From Bacteroidota bacterium (GTDB taxonomy: Bacteria; Bacteroidota; Bacteroidia; NORP154): 64,000 bases of DNA. Under the pieces are notes generated by a model. The model worked only from the letters and a program-made list of their open reading frames with translations, made no database searches and had not been told where the DNA came from. Numbering within the stretch: position 1 is the stretch's first letter; the number at the start of each line of letters is the position of its first letter. This document shows positions 21,082 through 31,453 of this stretch, one piece after another. The stretch is taken from the NCBI GenBank assembly GCA_043811005.1, contig JBDRNO010000260.1, positions 19,579 through 83,578 of the forward strand, given 5' to 3'. The position numbers and the translations under genes were made by a program.

Positions 21082-23562
21082 TCAACGCAAAACCACTATC
21101 TTCTTTTGAAACAGAACGCCACGGCTATCCCCGATAGATACTATATATATCCCTTCCTCCCATCCCTTTGTTTTTATCTCGAATTCCCTGGAGTGTAATT
21201 TGTTATTTTGCAAAAACTTTTCGCAAACAATCCTACCGTTAACATCAACTACCTTTAAAACTGATCCGTTCACAAATCCGGCAATACTCGTTGTTTTAAC
21301 AACAAAGCTGTCTGATGCCGGGTTGGGGTATACTGCATAGACCGGGGCAGACCGCCAGCTGGCGGGCGCTTCGGTCTCAGGAATGGCTGAATAGATCGTA
21401 TCCCCTTTCATCGCAAACACATATTCTCCAAGAACTAATGAATCAATAATAATTACTCCAAATTTATCATAAGAATTTCCTGAAATTTTTGTATAATATT
21501 CATATTCATGCCAATTTTCAGAGGTATTCATCCTGTATAGCAATACCATGCTGTCTTCTGTTAAGGAATCGGCAATTAACAGGTGATCAAAGTATGAGCT
21601 TCCACTTTCCCTGCCATCGTAGACTATTTCTGCACTTGCAGAAAAATTATTTGGCAGAATGCCATCTATTTTCCAGTACCTGTTTGGTGAGAGTTTGTAA
21701 ATTGTATTAGTTACTATTGGGTCAGGTGCTGTCCAGTTATGTTCAACCCGGATAAAAGCCGAATCTGTAATTGCATTTACAGTAATTTTAAATCGTGCAT
21801 GACTAAAATTGTCAATCCAGGTAGTATCGATCACCTTTGCTTCACTTGATATTGCATCACTGATTTTACTATTCATATTAAGTGCTGTGAAAACAGGGCT
21901 GAATGGTAATGTAAATGTAAAAGAGGAAGTTGCACCAGACATAATAATTGTTTCCGTTTGCTCGTTCCAGCTAGTATCCATAAAAGTGATCTCAAGAGGT
22001 ACATTATTGTAATATGAAGGCGCTCCTGTTAATTTTTGTTTAACATAAACTGTTACATCATAATAAATGCCATTTGGCGTTATTTGAGTTGAGTTAATTG
22101 AAAAATGAGGAAAGCCGGGGTTGAACACCCAGTTATTAAAAAAATCAGTAAGATCAATGCCAGTGATAGAGGAAAGCTGGTTTCTCAGATCATAGCTGTT
22201 TATATGAGTGAATTGGTTATTTGCCAAAAAAGTGGTTAACCCACTAAAGAACAGTGAATCTCCCAAATACCCTCTTAAGGTATGAACTACATCACCCCCT
22301 TTATCATATACATGGTCGCCATAAGTATATTCATGCGGAATGCCGGAAATAGCCCTGTAGCCATTCTCGGTGATGTGGGCAAGGTGCAGAACCTTTTCGT
22401 GGTTTCTTCTTACTTCTTGCAGATATGTATCCTTATCATACACATCTTCCCAGAATAAAAACTCCGAATAAACGGCAAATCCTTCGTTCAGCCACATGTC
22501 TTCGGCTGTTTCACAGGTTACCATATCTCCCCACCAGTGATGAGAAAGCTCGTGCGCCATGATATCCTCAGCCCACAAGCTTCCATCAGCAAAGCTTCGA
22601 TGATAGGCAATATTAGTAGCATGCTCCATAGCCCCGCCAACAACAGGAACAAGGTTATACCCAATTCTGTCAAATTGATGCGGACCATAATATGTTTCGT
22701 ATACACCTATTGCATCGGTCAGATGCAAAAAGGAATTTTTGAGTTTTGTGGTATCAGAAGGTAAAGCATTTAACATTATTGGAATGGGTCCGTTAATACC
22801 ATTATATGATATATTTACAGTGGCATAGCCGGCAACAGCCACAGAAGCAAGATAAGATGGAATTGTCTGATCCATTTTCCAATGCCATATAATAGTGCTA
22901 TTGGGATTATGGACTGTATCTTGTAATAAGCCATTACAAAAAGCGTTTTTGGAATCTTCAGTAGTAATGAAAAATTCGTGGGTAGACCGTTCTACAAAAT
23001 TGTCAAAGCAAGGAAACCACGCCCTGCCGAAATTATGAGGATTCACTTCAAATCCAACACCAATATTATAGGCATATCCCCCGCTGAAATAAAATCCTCC
23101 TCCGTAAGTAGATGTGTCTATTTGAGGTGTTCCCTCATAATAAACTTTAACACTTGCTGTATCTCCAATATTCATAATGCCTGGAAGCATTGTAACAATC
23201 AAAGTATCATCATAGGAAAAACTTGCTGATTGATTATCCACCTTTATAGAATCAATATTTAATTTTAGCAAATCCAAACTGATAGAATTAATATTATTCA
23301 TTTTAGGGACAAAGGTAATTTCACAATTGCCCTTTATCACTTCATTGGTAAAGTCGGTGATGTCTAAATTGATAGTGTAGTTGAGTATGTCAATGGTATC
23401 GCTGCGACTGTTAGCTTCTTGGGTATCATAAGCGTGACACGGCTTAGAGCCGTGCCACGCTTTGTGTCTGCAACTGTAATAATTCTCCTGCCTGGCAAAA
23501 GCGAAGACAAAAGAAAAAATTAGTGTAAGGATGGTAAATGTATATAAGAATCGTAAATGCAT
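21082..23562 (-). CDS. secreted M1-family zinc aminopeptidase with a T9SS C-terminal sorting domain
   Basis: Signal peptide. HELSHHWWG…NEGFA gluzincin motif. C-terminus …PVYAVYPNPASDSFVVK… with a beta-sandwich tail typical of the Por_Secre_tail. Confidence 0.85.
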   Translation of the reverse strand: MHLRFLYTFTILTLIFSFVFAFARQENYYSCRHKAWHGSKPCHAYDTQEANSRSDTIDILNYTINLDITDFTNEVIKGNCEITFVPKMNNINSISLDLLKLNIDSIKVDNQSASFSYDDTLIVTMLPGIMNIGDTASVKVYYEGTPQIDTSTYGGGFYFSGGYAYNIGVGFEVNPHNFGRAWFPCFDNFVERSTHEFFITTEDSKNAFCNGLLQDTVHNPNSTIIWHWKMDQTIPSYLASVAVAGYATVNISYNGINGPIPIMLNALPSDTTKLKNSFLHLTDAIGVYETYYGPHQFDRIGYNLVPVVGGAMEHATNIAYHRSFADGSLWAEDIMAHELSHHWWGDMVTCETAEDMWLNEGFAVYSEFLFWEDVYDKDTYLQEVRRNHEKVLHLAHITENGYRAISGIPHEYTYGDHVYDKGGDVVHTLRGYLGDSLFFSGLTTFLANNQFTHINSYDLRNQLSSITGIDLTDFFNNWVFNPGFPHFSINSTQITPNGIYYDVTVYVKQKLTGAPSYYNNVPLEITFMDTSWNEQTETIIMSGATSSFTFTLPFSPVFTALNMNSKISDAISSEAKVIDTTWIDNFSHARFKITVNAITDSAFIRVEHNWTAPDPIVTNTIYKLSPNRYWKIDGILPNNFSASAEIVYDGRESGSSYFDHLLIADSLTEDSMVLLYRMNTSENWHEYEYYTKISGNSYDKFGVIIIDSLVLGEYVFAMKGDTIYSAIPETEAPASWRSAPVYAVYPNPASDSFVVKTTSIAGFVNGSVLKVVDVNGRIVCEKFLQNNKLHSREFEIKTKGWEEGIYIVSIGDSRGVLFQKKIVVLR

Positions 23563-23690
23563 CGTTTTTTCAATATGTTTTATACAAAAATATCATATTT
23601 TTATAAACTTTACTATTAAAATATTGTACCGGAATTTCTAAAAAGGCAATATTTTGCCAAAATTGGTTAAGACTTGCCTTTTAAGGTCTA

Positions 23691-24323
23691 ATGAAAAAAA
23701 ATCTTCAATACTTAATCTTTTCTCTATTCCTTCTGCCTTATACATTCCATGTTTCTGGTCAAGACACCAGGTTTCAAAAGTTCAAAACATTGAGTTGTTC
23801 CGAAAAAAGGTGGGTGATGACACATCCTTTTGTTGCGGGCAAGACATTGAAAATATCTGAAAATGCAAGGCGAATAGCCAAAGAAATGTTAAAAGACACC
23901 CTGATGGATAACTATGAAAATGGAGGCAAGGCAGATGCATTCAGGCACGCATTCTGGATGGCTTCACTAGCATCCAAAATACGGTGGCGAAAAGCATACA
24001 AGTTAGGCAAAGCACACGAAAGGGGAAACAAAAAGGATTTTAATAAAAACAGGTATGAAGAGGGGATACTACCGGATGCTGTCAGTTGTGAGATGGATTT
24101 ATGGAACAATAAGATAGGGTTGGTAATAGGGAGAAATAACAAATCGGTTTCTGAAGATGAATTAACACAATTGATAAAACAAGCCGTTCTTGACGGTAGA
24201 TGCAAGATCATCAAAATGGACAAAAACGGAAATTTTTTAGATGAATCCGGGAAAATAATCCCTGCTGAAGAATGGCAGGGGAAATGGGAGAACAGGAGGT
24301 GTTTGGTGGAATCTGATTATTGA
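23691..24323 (+). CDS. hypothetical secreted protein (signal peptide; no confident family assignment)
   Basis: N-terminal hydrophobic signal. No recognisable catalytic motif. Confidence 0.5.
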   Translation: MKKNLQYLIFSLFLLPYTFHVSGQDTRFQKFKTLSCSEKRWVMTHPFVAGKTLKISENARRIAKEMLKDTLMDNYENGGKADAFRHAFWMASLASKIRWRKAYKLGKAHERGNKKDFNKNRYEEGILPDAVSCEMDLWNNKIGLVIGRNNKSVSEDELTQLIKQAVLDGRCKIIKMDKNGNFLDESGKIIPAEEWQGKWENRRCLVESDY

Positions 24324-24467
24324 TCAGCGTAGCACGGTTTAAAACCGTATCACGCATACAAAATTCATTTATGAATTTTAATGCAATTTGCATATTTTTC
24401 TTAATAAATTTATCTATTATGAGTTTATGTTTTATTATACAATAAATTTGCTCCTTAATATAAAATA

Positions 24468-26366
24468 ATGGAATTAATCTTTAAAAAATCTTGTTTAATA
24501 TTATTTTTGCTATTTGTATTTTTTTATGAACAAATTAGCGCTCAGCAATCTTTTTCATTAAAGATAACACCTTCCATTGCTGACGAACATTGCGATATCC
24601 TCAAAAGCATCCCCTATAATAATAAATTCCCAAACGAGCAGGCACGGAACAAAGAGCTTCGAAATTTCCTGTACAAACTATACGATAATGGCTATATAGC
24701 CGCCTACTTCGATAGTTTGACAGAGGATTCTGTTATTGATCCTTTTTTGAATGCTGAGTCACGCCTGCGTGCCGAAACATTAGACAGCCTGTACTTTAGC
24801 GTGCAGTCACGTGACTCCGCCTTCAAAGTATCGTCAATGCTTATAGCATACATCAATCCTGGTGGCATTTATAAATGGGCAACCATCAAGCCCGGTAATG
24901 TTGATGAAGGCATATTGAGCAAGGTGGGATTCCGCGAAAAACTATATAGCAACAAACCGATCAATTATAAGGAGGTGCGAAAACTCCACGAAAAGCTGCT
25001 GACATATTGCGAGAACAACGGCTATCCTTTTGCCTGGGTTAAGCTTGATAGTGTTAAGTTTTCAGATACTTTATTAGAAGAAAGCGTGACACTGTTTAAA
25101 ACCGTGCCACGCTTGAACTTAATTGAAGCACAATTAAACCTCGCAAAAAATATTGAGGTTCATATTGACAGCATCATCATAAAAGGTGATGCGAAAATAA
25201 CACCTGTTTATATCTACAACCACCTCGGCATAAAACCCGGCGACCTGTATGATGAATCCTTGGTAAGCAAGATAGGACCGAAATTAGAAGAGTTACCTTT
25301 TGTAAAACAAACCAAACCGTTTAAAGTTGTATTTACTGAAAAAGATACAAAAATAATCCTCCTTCTCACCGACAAGAAAGCGAGTATATTTAACGGAATA
25401 CTTGGTGTTTTGCCCAACAGCGAAACCACTGGAAAGCTGCTGATCACCGGGGAAGCCCGTTTAAAGCTATTAAGCTCTTTAGGGCGTGGCGAGCTTATTG
25501 ATATTGACTGGAGAAGCCTTCAGCCAAAAACTCAAGACCTAAAAGCCAGGTTTGTATATCCTTTTATACTATCATCACCTTTTGGTGTTGATCTTAAACT
25601 AAAGCTGTATAAAAAAGACACTCTATATTTGGATTTACATAAGTATCTCGGCATTCAATACCTGCTGAGCGGCACCAATTACCTCCAAGTATTCATCAAT
25701 AACAAAACCACCAGTTTATTAGCTAAGAATACAACTGTTTTGCCTTATGCAAACGTAAATACTATTATATACGGACTCGGATATAAAAATGAACGGTTAG
25801 ACTACCGCCTTAATCCTACAAAGGGATATCAACTCAACATAAATGCCGGTGCGGGAAACAAGACAATTCAAGAGACCAAGGATATAAATCCTGACAGTGT
25901 AGTACTTAAATCAACCGAATACGATCTTGACATTGATTTTGATTTATTCATGCCAATAAAAAACAGGGGGGTAGCGAATTTTGGAATAAAAGCAGCTTAT
26001 TTATCGAGTAAGTCCATCTTTGAAAATGAGCTGTTCCGCATGGGAGGAATAAGCACATTGAGGGGTTTTGATGAAGAATCCATGCTTGCTTCTGCCTATG
26101 CAGTATTTACTTTGGAGTATCGATATTTATTAGAGCAGAACTCTTATCTGTACTTGTTTTTTGACGGAGCGTATTATGAAAATGAATACAGAAGGATCAA
26201 TAATCTTGGGAATTGGCTTGATAGACCGTTTGGCTTTGGTGCAGGCATCAGTTTTGAGACAAAGGCGGGAATATTTTCAATAAATTATGCTCTTGGAAAA
26301 CAATTAGAAAACCCGATAATGCTAAAATCGGCTAAAATTCATTTTGGAATTGTTAACCACTTTTAA
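24468..26366 (+). CDS. Omp85/BamA-family outer-membrane beta-barrel protein (surface antigen D15 domain)
   Basis: Signal peptide. C-terminal beta-barrel pattern ending …IHFGIVNHF, with terminal aromatic residue. Confidence 0.6.
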   Translation: MELIFKKSCLILFLLFVFFYEQISAQQSFSLKITPSIADEHCDILKSIPYNNKFPNEQARNKELRNFLYKLYDNGYIAAYFDSLTEDSVIDPFLNAESRLRAETLDSLYFSVQSRDSAFKVSSMLIAYINPGGIYKWATIKPGNVDEGILSKVGFREKLYSNKPINYKEVRKLHEKLLTYCENNGYPFAWVKLDSVKFSDTLLEESVTLFKTVPRLNLIEAQLNLAKNIEVHIDSIIIKGDAKITPVYIYNHLGIKPGDLYDESLVSKIGPKLEELPFVKQTKPFKVVFTEKDTKIILLLTDKKASIFNGILGVLPNSETTGKLLITGEARLKLLSSLGRGELIDIDWRSLQPKTQDLKARFVYPFILSSPFGVDLKLKLYKKDTLYLDLHKYLGIQYLLSGTNYLQVFINNKTTSLLAKNTTVLPYANVNTIIYGLGYKNERLDYRLNPTKGYQLNINAGAGNKTIQETKDINPDSVVLKSTEYDLDIDFDLFMPIKNRGVANFGIKAAYLSSKSIFENELFRMGGISTLRGFDEESMLASAYAVFTLEYRYLLEQNSYLYLFFDGAYYENEYRRINNLGNWLDRPFGFGAGISFETKAGIFSINYALGKQLENPIMLKSAKIHFGIVNHF

Positions 26367-26529
26367 TCTCTGATTTCTATCTGCAATTACTGATATTTTT
26401 ATAACTATCTTTGAAAATTCAGATTACCATTTTGAGGAGAGTGATTACCGTTATTCTCCGGAAAACATTCAAAGTGCGGTAAAATTTACCTGAAAAAATT
26501 TGAAAAACTCAGTCTGAAAAATTAACAAT

Positions 26530-27882
26530 ATGGAAACAGCCTTAATAATTCTCATTGGATTAGCGATTGGAACAACTTTCGCCTGGTTCATAGCTAAATA
26601 CAAATACGAAGGACAAAAAGGAATAACAAAAGAAGAACTCGACTCGAAATATATTTCAAAAGAATTCTACAATGAGACAAAAGCTAAATTAGAACAAAAA
26701 GAGGAAGAACTACATGAATTAAATCGCACATTGGCAAAAACAGAACAAATTAATGTCAATCTAATAGAAAAGCTTGAAGACCAAAAGAAAGAAATAGAAA
26801 AAATCCAGGAAACTTTTAAAACCGAATTTGAAAACCTCGCCACTAAAATATTAAAACAAAATACAGTCGAATTTGCTGAAACTAACCAAAAAAGACTTGC
26901 AGAGATACTTAATCCTTTAAAAGAAAAGATTACTACGTTTGAAAAGAAAGTTGAAGAAACCTATGTAAAAGGAACAAGGGAACGATCAGCATTAGCAAAG
27001 CAAATAGAAAGTTTGGCTGAGTTGAATAAACAGATGAGCGAAGATGCAAGCAATCTTACAAAAGCATTAAAAGGTGATTCCCAGACCCTTGGTAGTTGGG
27101 GAGAGATAAGGCTGGAGTTAATTTTAGAAAAAGCCGGCTTGGTAAAAGACATACACTATATCACGCAGGAAACTTACAGAGATGATGAAGGAGTTTTAAA
27201 AAAACCTGATTTTATAATCAACTTGCCTGATAATAAGCATTTAATTATTGATTCAAAAGTATCTTTAAACGCTTATGAAGCATATTATAATTGCGATGAT
27301 GAAAAAGATAAGAAGATTTATCTGAAAAAACATTTGGAAAGCATTAGAGAACACATAAAAGATCTGAGCTCAAAGAAGTACCAGAACCTTTACCAAATTA
27401 ATTCGCCAGATTACGTTTTGATGTATATTCCAATAGATTCCGCTTTCATATTAGCATTACAAAATGATGAAAACCTTTACGATGATGCACTTAAAAAAAA
27501 CATCGCATTGGTCACTTCTTTTACTCTTCTTCCAACGTTAAGTGCTGTATCATCCATTTGGAAACAGGAAGATCAAAAGAAAAATGTGTTGGAGATTGCA
27601 AGACAAAGCGGTGCGTTGTATGATAAGTTTAAAAACTTCATTGATGATTTAATAGATATAGGCAAAAGGATGAATTCCGCTAAAACTGCTTACGATATGG
27701 CAATGACTAAATTGTCGACTGGGAGCGGTAACTTGATAAGTAAAGTGGAAAACATTAAGAAACTAGGGGCAAAAACCACCAAATCTTTATCCCAAACAAT
27801 TTTAGATAGAGCTTTCGATGTTGAAGAAGTAGACAAGACAAATTTAATCATTGAAAAAAAACAGAAAGAACAAAATGAATGA
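26530..27882 (+). CDS. rmuC: DNA recombination protein RmuC
   Basis: N-terminal TM segment, long coiled coil, and …GSWGEIRLELILEKAGL… RmuC core. Confidence 0.8.
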   Translation: METALIILIGLAIGTTFAWFIAKYKYEGQKGITKEELDSKYISKEFYNETKAKLEQKEEELHELNRTLAKTEQINVNLIEKLEDQKKEIEKIQETFKTEFENLATKILKQNTVEFAETNQKRLAEILNPLKEKITTFEKKVEETYVKGTRERSALAKQIESLAELNKQMSEDASNLTKALKGDSQTLGSWGEIRLELILEKAGLVKDIHYITQETYRDDEGVLKKPDFIINLPDNKHLIIDSKVSLNAYEAYYNCDDEKDKKIYLKKHLESIREHIKDLSSKKYQNLYQINSPDYVLMYIPIDSAFILALQNDENLYDDALKKNIALVTSFTLLPTLSAVSSIWKQEDQKKNVLEIARQSGALYDKFKNFIDDLIDIGKRMNSAKTAYDMAMTKLSTGSGNLISKVENIKKLGAKTTKSLSQTILDRAFDVEEVDKTNLIIEKKQKEQNE

Positions 27883-29210
27883 AACAATTCACTGCAATAT
27901 TAACCATTCTGTTACTTCCCTGCTGCTTCACCCCTTCCAAGATCAGCAATCAAAACTTGTCGTATCTTTACTGGAAGGAATCAAACATGCTTCATCCCGA
28001 GTTCACTGTTTTTCATATTTCAGATAGCATATCCAGATTGTATTGTGCAATTAATTCTAAGGAGTTATTGTACAGCAAAGAAAGCGATACGAGTGAATTT
28101 ACTGCAGTTTATGTTATTTCATACAATTTATACCCCTCTTTCGAATCAATAGAAATACTCGACAGCGCTTCAGCAAAATTTAATTCAACCGATCATAGGA
28201 TCCCGGTACAATCTGGAGAAGACAGGTCTTCCGGCAAAGCAGGCAAAAAAGACAAGTCACTGGCGGCATCAATACACCGGGGAAAAAGGATCATTCAACA
28301 TATTGATTTTAAAGCTGCATTGCAAAAGACCTATTTGCTGGAAGCGAGAGTTTTGGATGTTAAAAGAAATCAAACATCGACAGTATTCATAAACGTGGAT
28401 AAACGAAGTATTTACAGCCGCCAAAATTTTATTGTTGAATCCAAAAAAAACGGATCACCCATTTTTAGAAATTACTTAAAAAGCTATAATACTTTTACAA
28501 TAAGAAGCAACGACAATGATATTTCGAAATTATTTATGAGTTATTATAGCCAGGATTTCAACATTGCACATCCCCCTTTTTCAGTACAAGACCAAAATTC
28601 GCTAAGGTTAAAACCTGACAGTACCTTTTCGATACAGCTCCGCGGCAGCACTAAAACAGCACTCAAATTGCAAAAACGAGGGATCTATCACTTTCAGACT
28701 GACTCGATCATTAGAGATGGTTTAACGCTTTTTAAGTATTATGATGATTTTCCAAAGGTAACATCTCCCGAACATCTAATCGAACCGCTGTGCTATATAA
28801 CCACGAAGCAGGAATACCAGGAACTGATCCTTCACAAGAATAAAAAACTTGCCGTTGACGATTTCTGGCTAAAGATTACCGGAAACCCAGACAGGGGGAA
28901 GAAGATCATTCACGAATTTTATAATCGCATACAAGATGCAAATAAATACTTTTCCTCCTATTTAGAAGGCTGGAAAACCGACAGGGGGATGATATACATT
29001 ATTTACGGATTGCCTGATGTTGTTTACAAAACCTCATCTTATGAGAATTGGGTGTATGGAGAGGAGGGCAACCAGATGTCGCTCAATTTTACTTTTACTA
29101 AGGTCAGGAATCCGCTTACTGATAATGATTACAGCTTAAACAGGTCGTTAATATATAAAAATAGTTGGTACATGGCAGTTGACGCATGGAGGCAGGGGAT
29201 AATATATTGA
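27879..29210 (+). CDS. GWxTD domain-containing lipoprotein
   Basis: …EGWKTDRGMIYIIYGLPDVVYK… is the GWxTD motif. Lipoprotein-like N-terminus. Start overlaps the rmuC stop by 4 nt. Confidence 0.65.
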   Translation: MKQFTAILTILLLPCCFTPSKISNQNLSYLYWKESNMLHPEFTVFHISDSISRLYCAINSKELLYSKESDTSEFTAVYVISYNLYPSFESIEILDSASAKFNSTDHRIPVQSGEDRSSGKAGKKDKSLAASIHRGKRIIQHIDFKAALQKTYLLEARVLDVKRNQTSTVFINVDKRSIYSRQNFIVESKKNGSPIFRNYLKSYNTFTIRSNDNDISKLFMSYYSQDFNIAHPPFSVQDQNSLRLKPDSTFSIQLRGSTKTALKLQKRGIYHFQTDSIIRDGLTLFKYYDDFPKVTSPEHLIEPLCYITTKQEYQELILHKNKKLAVDDFWLKITGNPDRGKKIIHEFYNRIQDANKYFSSYLEGWKTDRGMIYIIYGLPDVVYKTSSYENWVYGEEGNQMSLNFTFTKVRNPLTDNDYSLNRSLIYKNSWYMAVDAWRQGIIY

Positions 29211-29364
29211 TGATTTTAGAATTACATTGGCATTTAGATTATTGTAACTAATCAGTAGTTATAATACAGCTGTTATATTATTATTTGAATATTGAATAAA
29301 GAACTTTATCAGTAGAACTGATTGGTTACAAAATACTTTTTAGAGTAGGCTCATTATTTATATT

Positions 29365-30120
29365 ATGGATAAAGAATATAAAGATAAATTGGTATTCGGT
29401 ATAAGACCGATAATGGAAGCAATAAAAGCCGGCAAAGAAATTGAGCGGTTATTGATCCGGAAGGATTTGACAGGAGAGCTTGTGAAAGAGTTGATGACAC
29501 TTGTTGGAGATCAAAAAATACATTTTCAATCAGTACCGGTCGAAAAGCTGAACAGGCTGACCAGAAAAAATCATCAGGGTGTTATTTGCTTTATCTCCCT
29601 GATTGCTTATGCTTCTCTGGAAAATATTTTGCCATATATATATGAACAGGGAAAGACACCACTAATATTAATTCTTGACAGGATTACTGACGTCCGAAAC
29701 TTCGGTGCTATATCGAGAACCGCTGAGTGTGCCTGTGTTGATGCCATTGTAATACCTTTAAGGGAAATGGCACAGATAAATGCCGATGCAATCAAGACCT
29801 CTGCCGGTGCACTGCATAAAATACCCGTTTGCCGTTCAAAAAGCTTGAAGGAGGCAATAAGATTTCTGAAAAACAGCGGTTTGCAGATAGTTGCATGTAC
29901 GGAAAAAGCCGCAAGCTCTTATGATGAGGTTGATTACAGGCTCCCCACAGCAATAATAATGGGTTCCGAGGAAAACGGAGTATCGGAAGAATGCCTGCAA
30001 TCGTCAGATTTAAATGTTAAGATCCCGCTAAGAGGTGAAATTGAATCCCTGAATGTTTCTGTTGCCTCAGGGATAGTTCTATTTGAAGCAATAAGGCAAA
30101 GGAAATTTAAAAGGGAATAA
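29365..30120 (+). CDS. rlmB: 23S rRNA (guanosine-2'-O-)-methyltransferase RlmB (SpoU/TrmH family)
   Basis: SpoU MTase motifs (…IMGSEENGVSEE…IPL.G..ESLNVSVA…). Confidence 0.8.
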   Translation: MDKEYKDKLVFGIRPIMEAIKAGKEIERLLIRKDLTGELVKELMTLVGDQKIHFQSVPVEKLNRLTRKNHQGVICFISLIAYASLENILPYIYEQGKTPLILILDRITDVRNFGAISRTAECACVDAIVIPLREMAQINADAIKTSAGALHKIPVCRSKSLKEAIRFLKNSGLQIVACTEKAASSYDEVDYRLPTAIIMGSEENGVSEECLQSSDLNVKIPLRGEIESLNVSVASGIVLFEAIRQRKFKRE

Positions 30121-30121
30121 G

Positions 30122-31453
30122 TTAAATGCAAACTTTAATAATATGTCTTACCCTTTCCCTCAGAATCAAATTTAATTCTGTTTGTTGCCTTCCATGAATT
30201 GAGGGATGACCATATAATGATTTCCGCATGTCAGCCATCCCATTAAATCCGGCAGACCTTTCCATAGCGTTTTTTAATCCGTCCCTGGCTGAAAAACGTT
30301 CCTGTGATATCATATAAAAAATACCCTTTTCGTGAAGAAGATCAGCGAGGTATTCCTGTTCAGTCTGTCCGGGGGTTGGAACAAATATTGCCTTTTTCCC
30401 AAGAACCGCCAGGTCCATTATTGTTGAGTAACCGGGTCTGCTCAATACCAATTTTGAAGAAAGAATTGCCTCCCGCATTTTGCTGGTTTCAAGATGGTGA
30501 TAAATTTCAATTCCAGCCCCACGAGCCCACTCGCTGCCCCCCTGAGTACTTGTAAAAGTGGGATTCTTGCGCTCTGGAACTTCCTCCCCTTCGGATTTTT
30601 TTTCAGCGGACGCTGTGGATGCCTTCAGCGGAGGGACTCCCCTCCCTTCGGGAGGGGCCGGGGGTGGGCTGTTGCTTTCTTCGGTTACTCCCCTGACCAT
30701 AAGAACTTTTAAGGATGCACTTTCCAATTGTTTCATCACAATTATTTCAAATATGCTTCGTTGTGGTTCAGGCCCTGAAACTATCACCATCAGATCGTAT
30801 TTATAATTACCCATAGACAAATCCTGCCCTTTCAGTGAAGGAGGATTTTTGTCGAGGTTATTATCAAAAAAATCAAATCTTGAAAGCGGACCAATATAAA
30901 ATGCATTATCCGGTAAAGGATATCCATGTGCCAGGTCTCCTGAAAGATTTTCACTTCCCTGGAAATCCGGCACCCAACATTCATTGTATTTATTGATAAA
31001 GAAGCGGCTTATACGGTGGAGGATCGGTTCAAGGAATTTCAAATTCTCCGGGCATTTCACCATTACCTGGTGAGTTATGAAAACAGAGTGTACGGTTTTG
31101 TTCCATAAACCAAATCTGTTGTCGGAGATGACAGCATCAATATTGTATTTTTTAATTATGGATTTTAATAAGGTGTGTTCTTTGTAAATCCCATGAAAAA
31201 TTTTGGGCAATGACATCATCATTTTCCGTTCCATACTGCTATTACTGGGATATGATATGCTGTAGCCGGGAAATTTAATGAACTCTAATTGAGGAAATTC
31301 TTTCTTTAAAAGTGCCAATGGCCGTTTGTCTGCACCTATAACTACTTCAACTTCGCTGTTGATCAATTCTTTTATTACCGGGATGCAGCGTGTTGCATGT
31401 CCCAATCCCCAATCCAATGGGCAGACCAGTATGCGTTTTTTGGTTTTACTCAT
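30122..31453 (-). CDS. MurG-like GT-B glycosyltransferase (GT28/UDP-glycosyltransferase-like) carrying a ~45-60-aa GC-rich in-frame insertion
   Basis: N-terminal …LVCPLDWGLGHATRCIPVIKEL… and the C-terminal nucleotide-sugar-binding region match GT28/GT1. The middle segment …TEESNSPPPAPPEGRGVPPLKASTASAEKK… is encoded by an atypically GC-rich hairpin-rich stretch. Confidence 0.7.
   Translation of the reverse strand: MSKTKKRILVCPLDWGLGHATRCIPVIKELINSEVEVVIGADKRPLALLKKEFPQLEFIKFPGYSISYPSNSSMERKMMMSLPKIFHGIYKEHTLLKSIIKKYNIDAVISDNRFGLWNKTVHSVFITHQVMVKCPENLKFLEPILHRISRFFINKYNECWVPDFQGSENLSGDLAHGYPLPDNAFYIGPLSRFDFFDNNLDKNPPSLKGQDLSMGNYKYDLMVIVSGPEPQRSIFEIIVMKQLESASLKVLMVRGVTEESNSPPPAPPEGRGVPPLKASTASAEKKSEGEEVPERKNPTFTSTQGGSEWARGAGIEIYHHLETSKMREAILSSKLVLSRPGYSTIMDLAVLGKKAIFVPTPGQTEQEYLADLLHEKGIFYMISQERFSARDGLKNAMERSAGFNGMADMRKSLYGHPSIHGRQQTELNLILRERVRHIIKVCI

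Noticed and set aside
23645-23658. GGCAATATTTTGCC 14-bp palindrome in the divergent promoter region between the M1 peptidase and the hypothetical secreted protein gene.
   Set aside because: It is a single short AT-rich palindrome. Such sequences occur by chance in AT-rich intergenic DNA, and it has no recognisable similarity to known operators.
30304-30806. Three + strand ORFs (30304-30555, 30494-30712, 30558-30806) opposite the glycosyltransferase.
   Set aside because: They are created by the GC-rich insertion (few stop codons) on the antisense strand of a well-supported GT gene. Their translations are Pro/Gly/Ser-rich with no start context.
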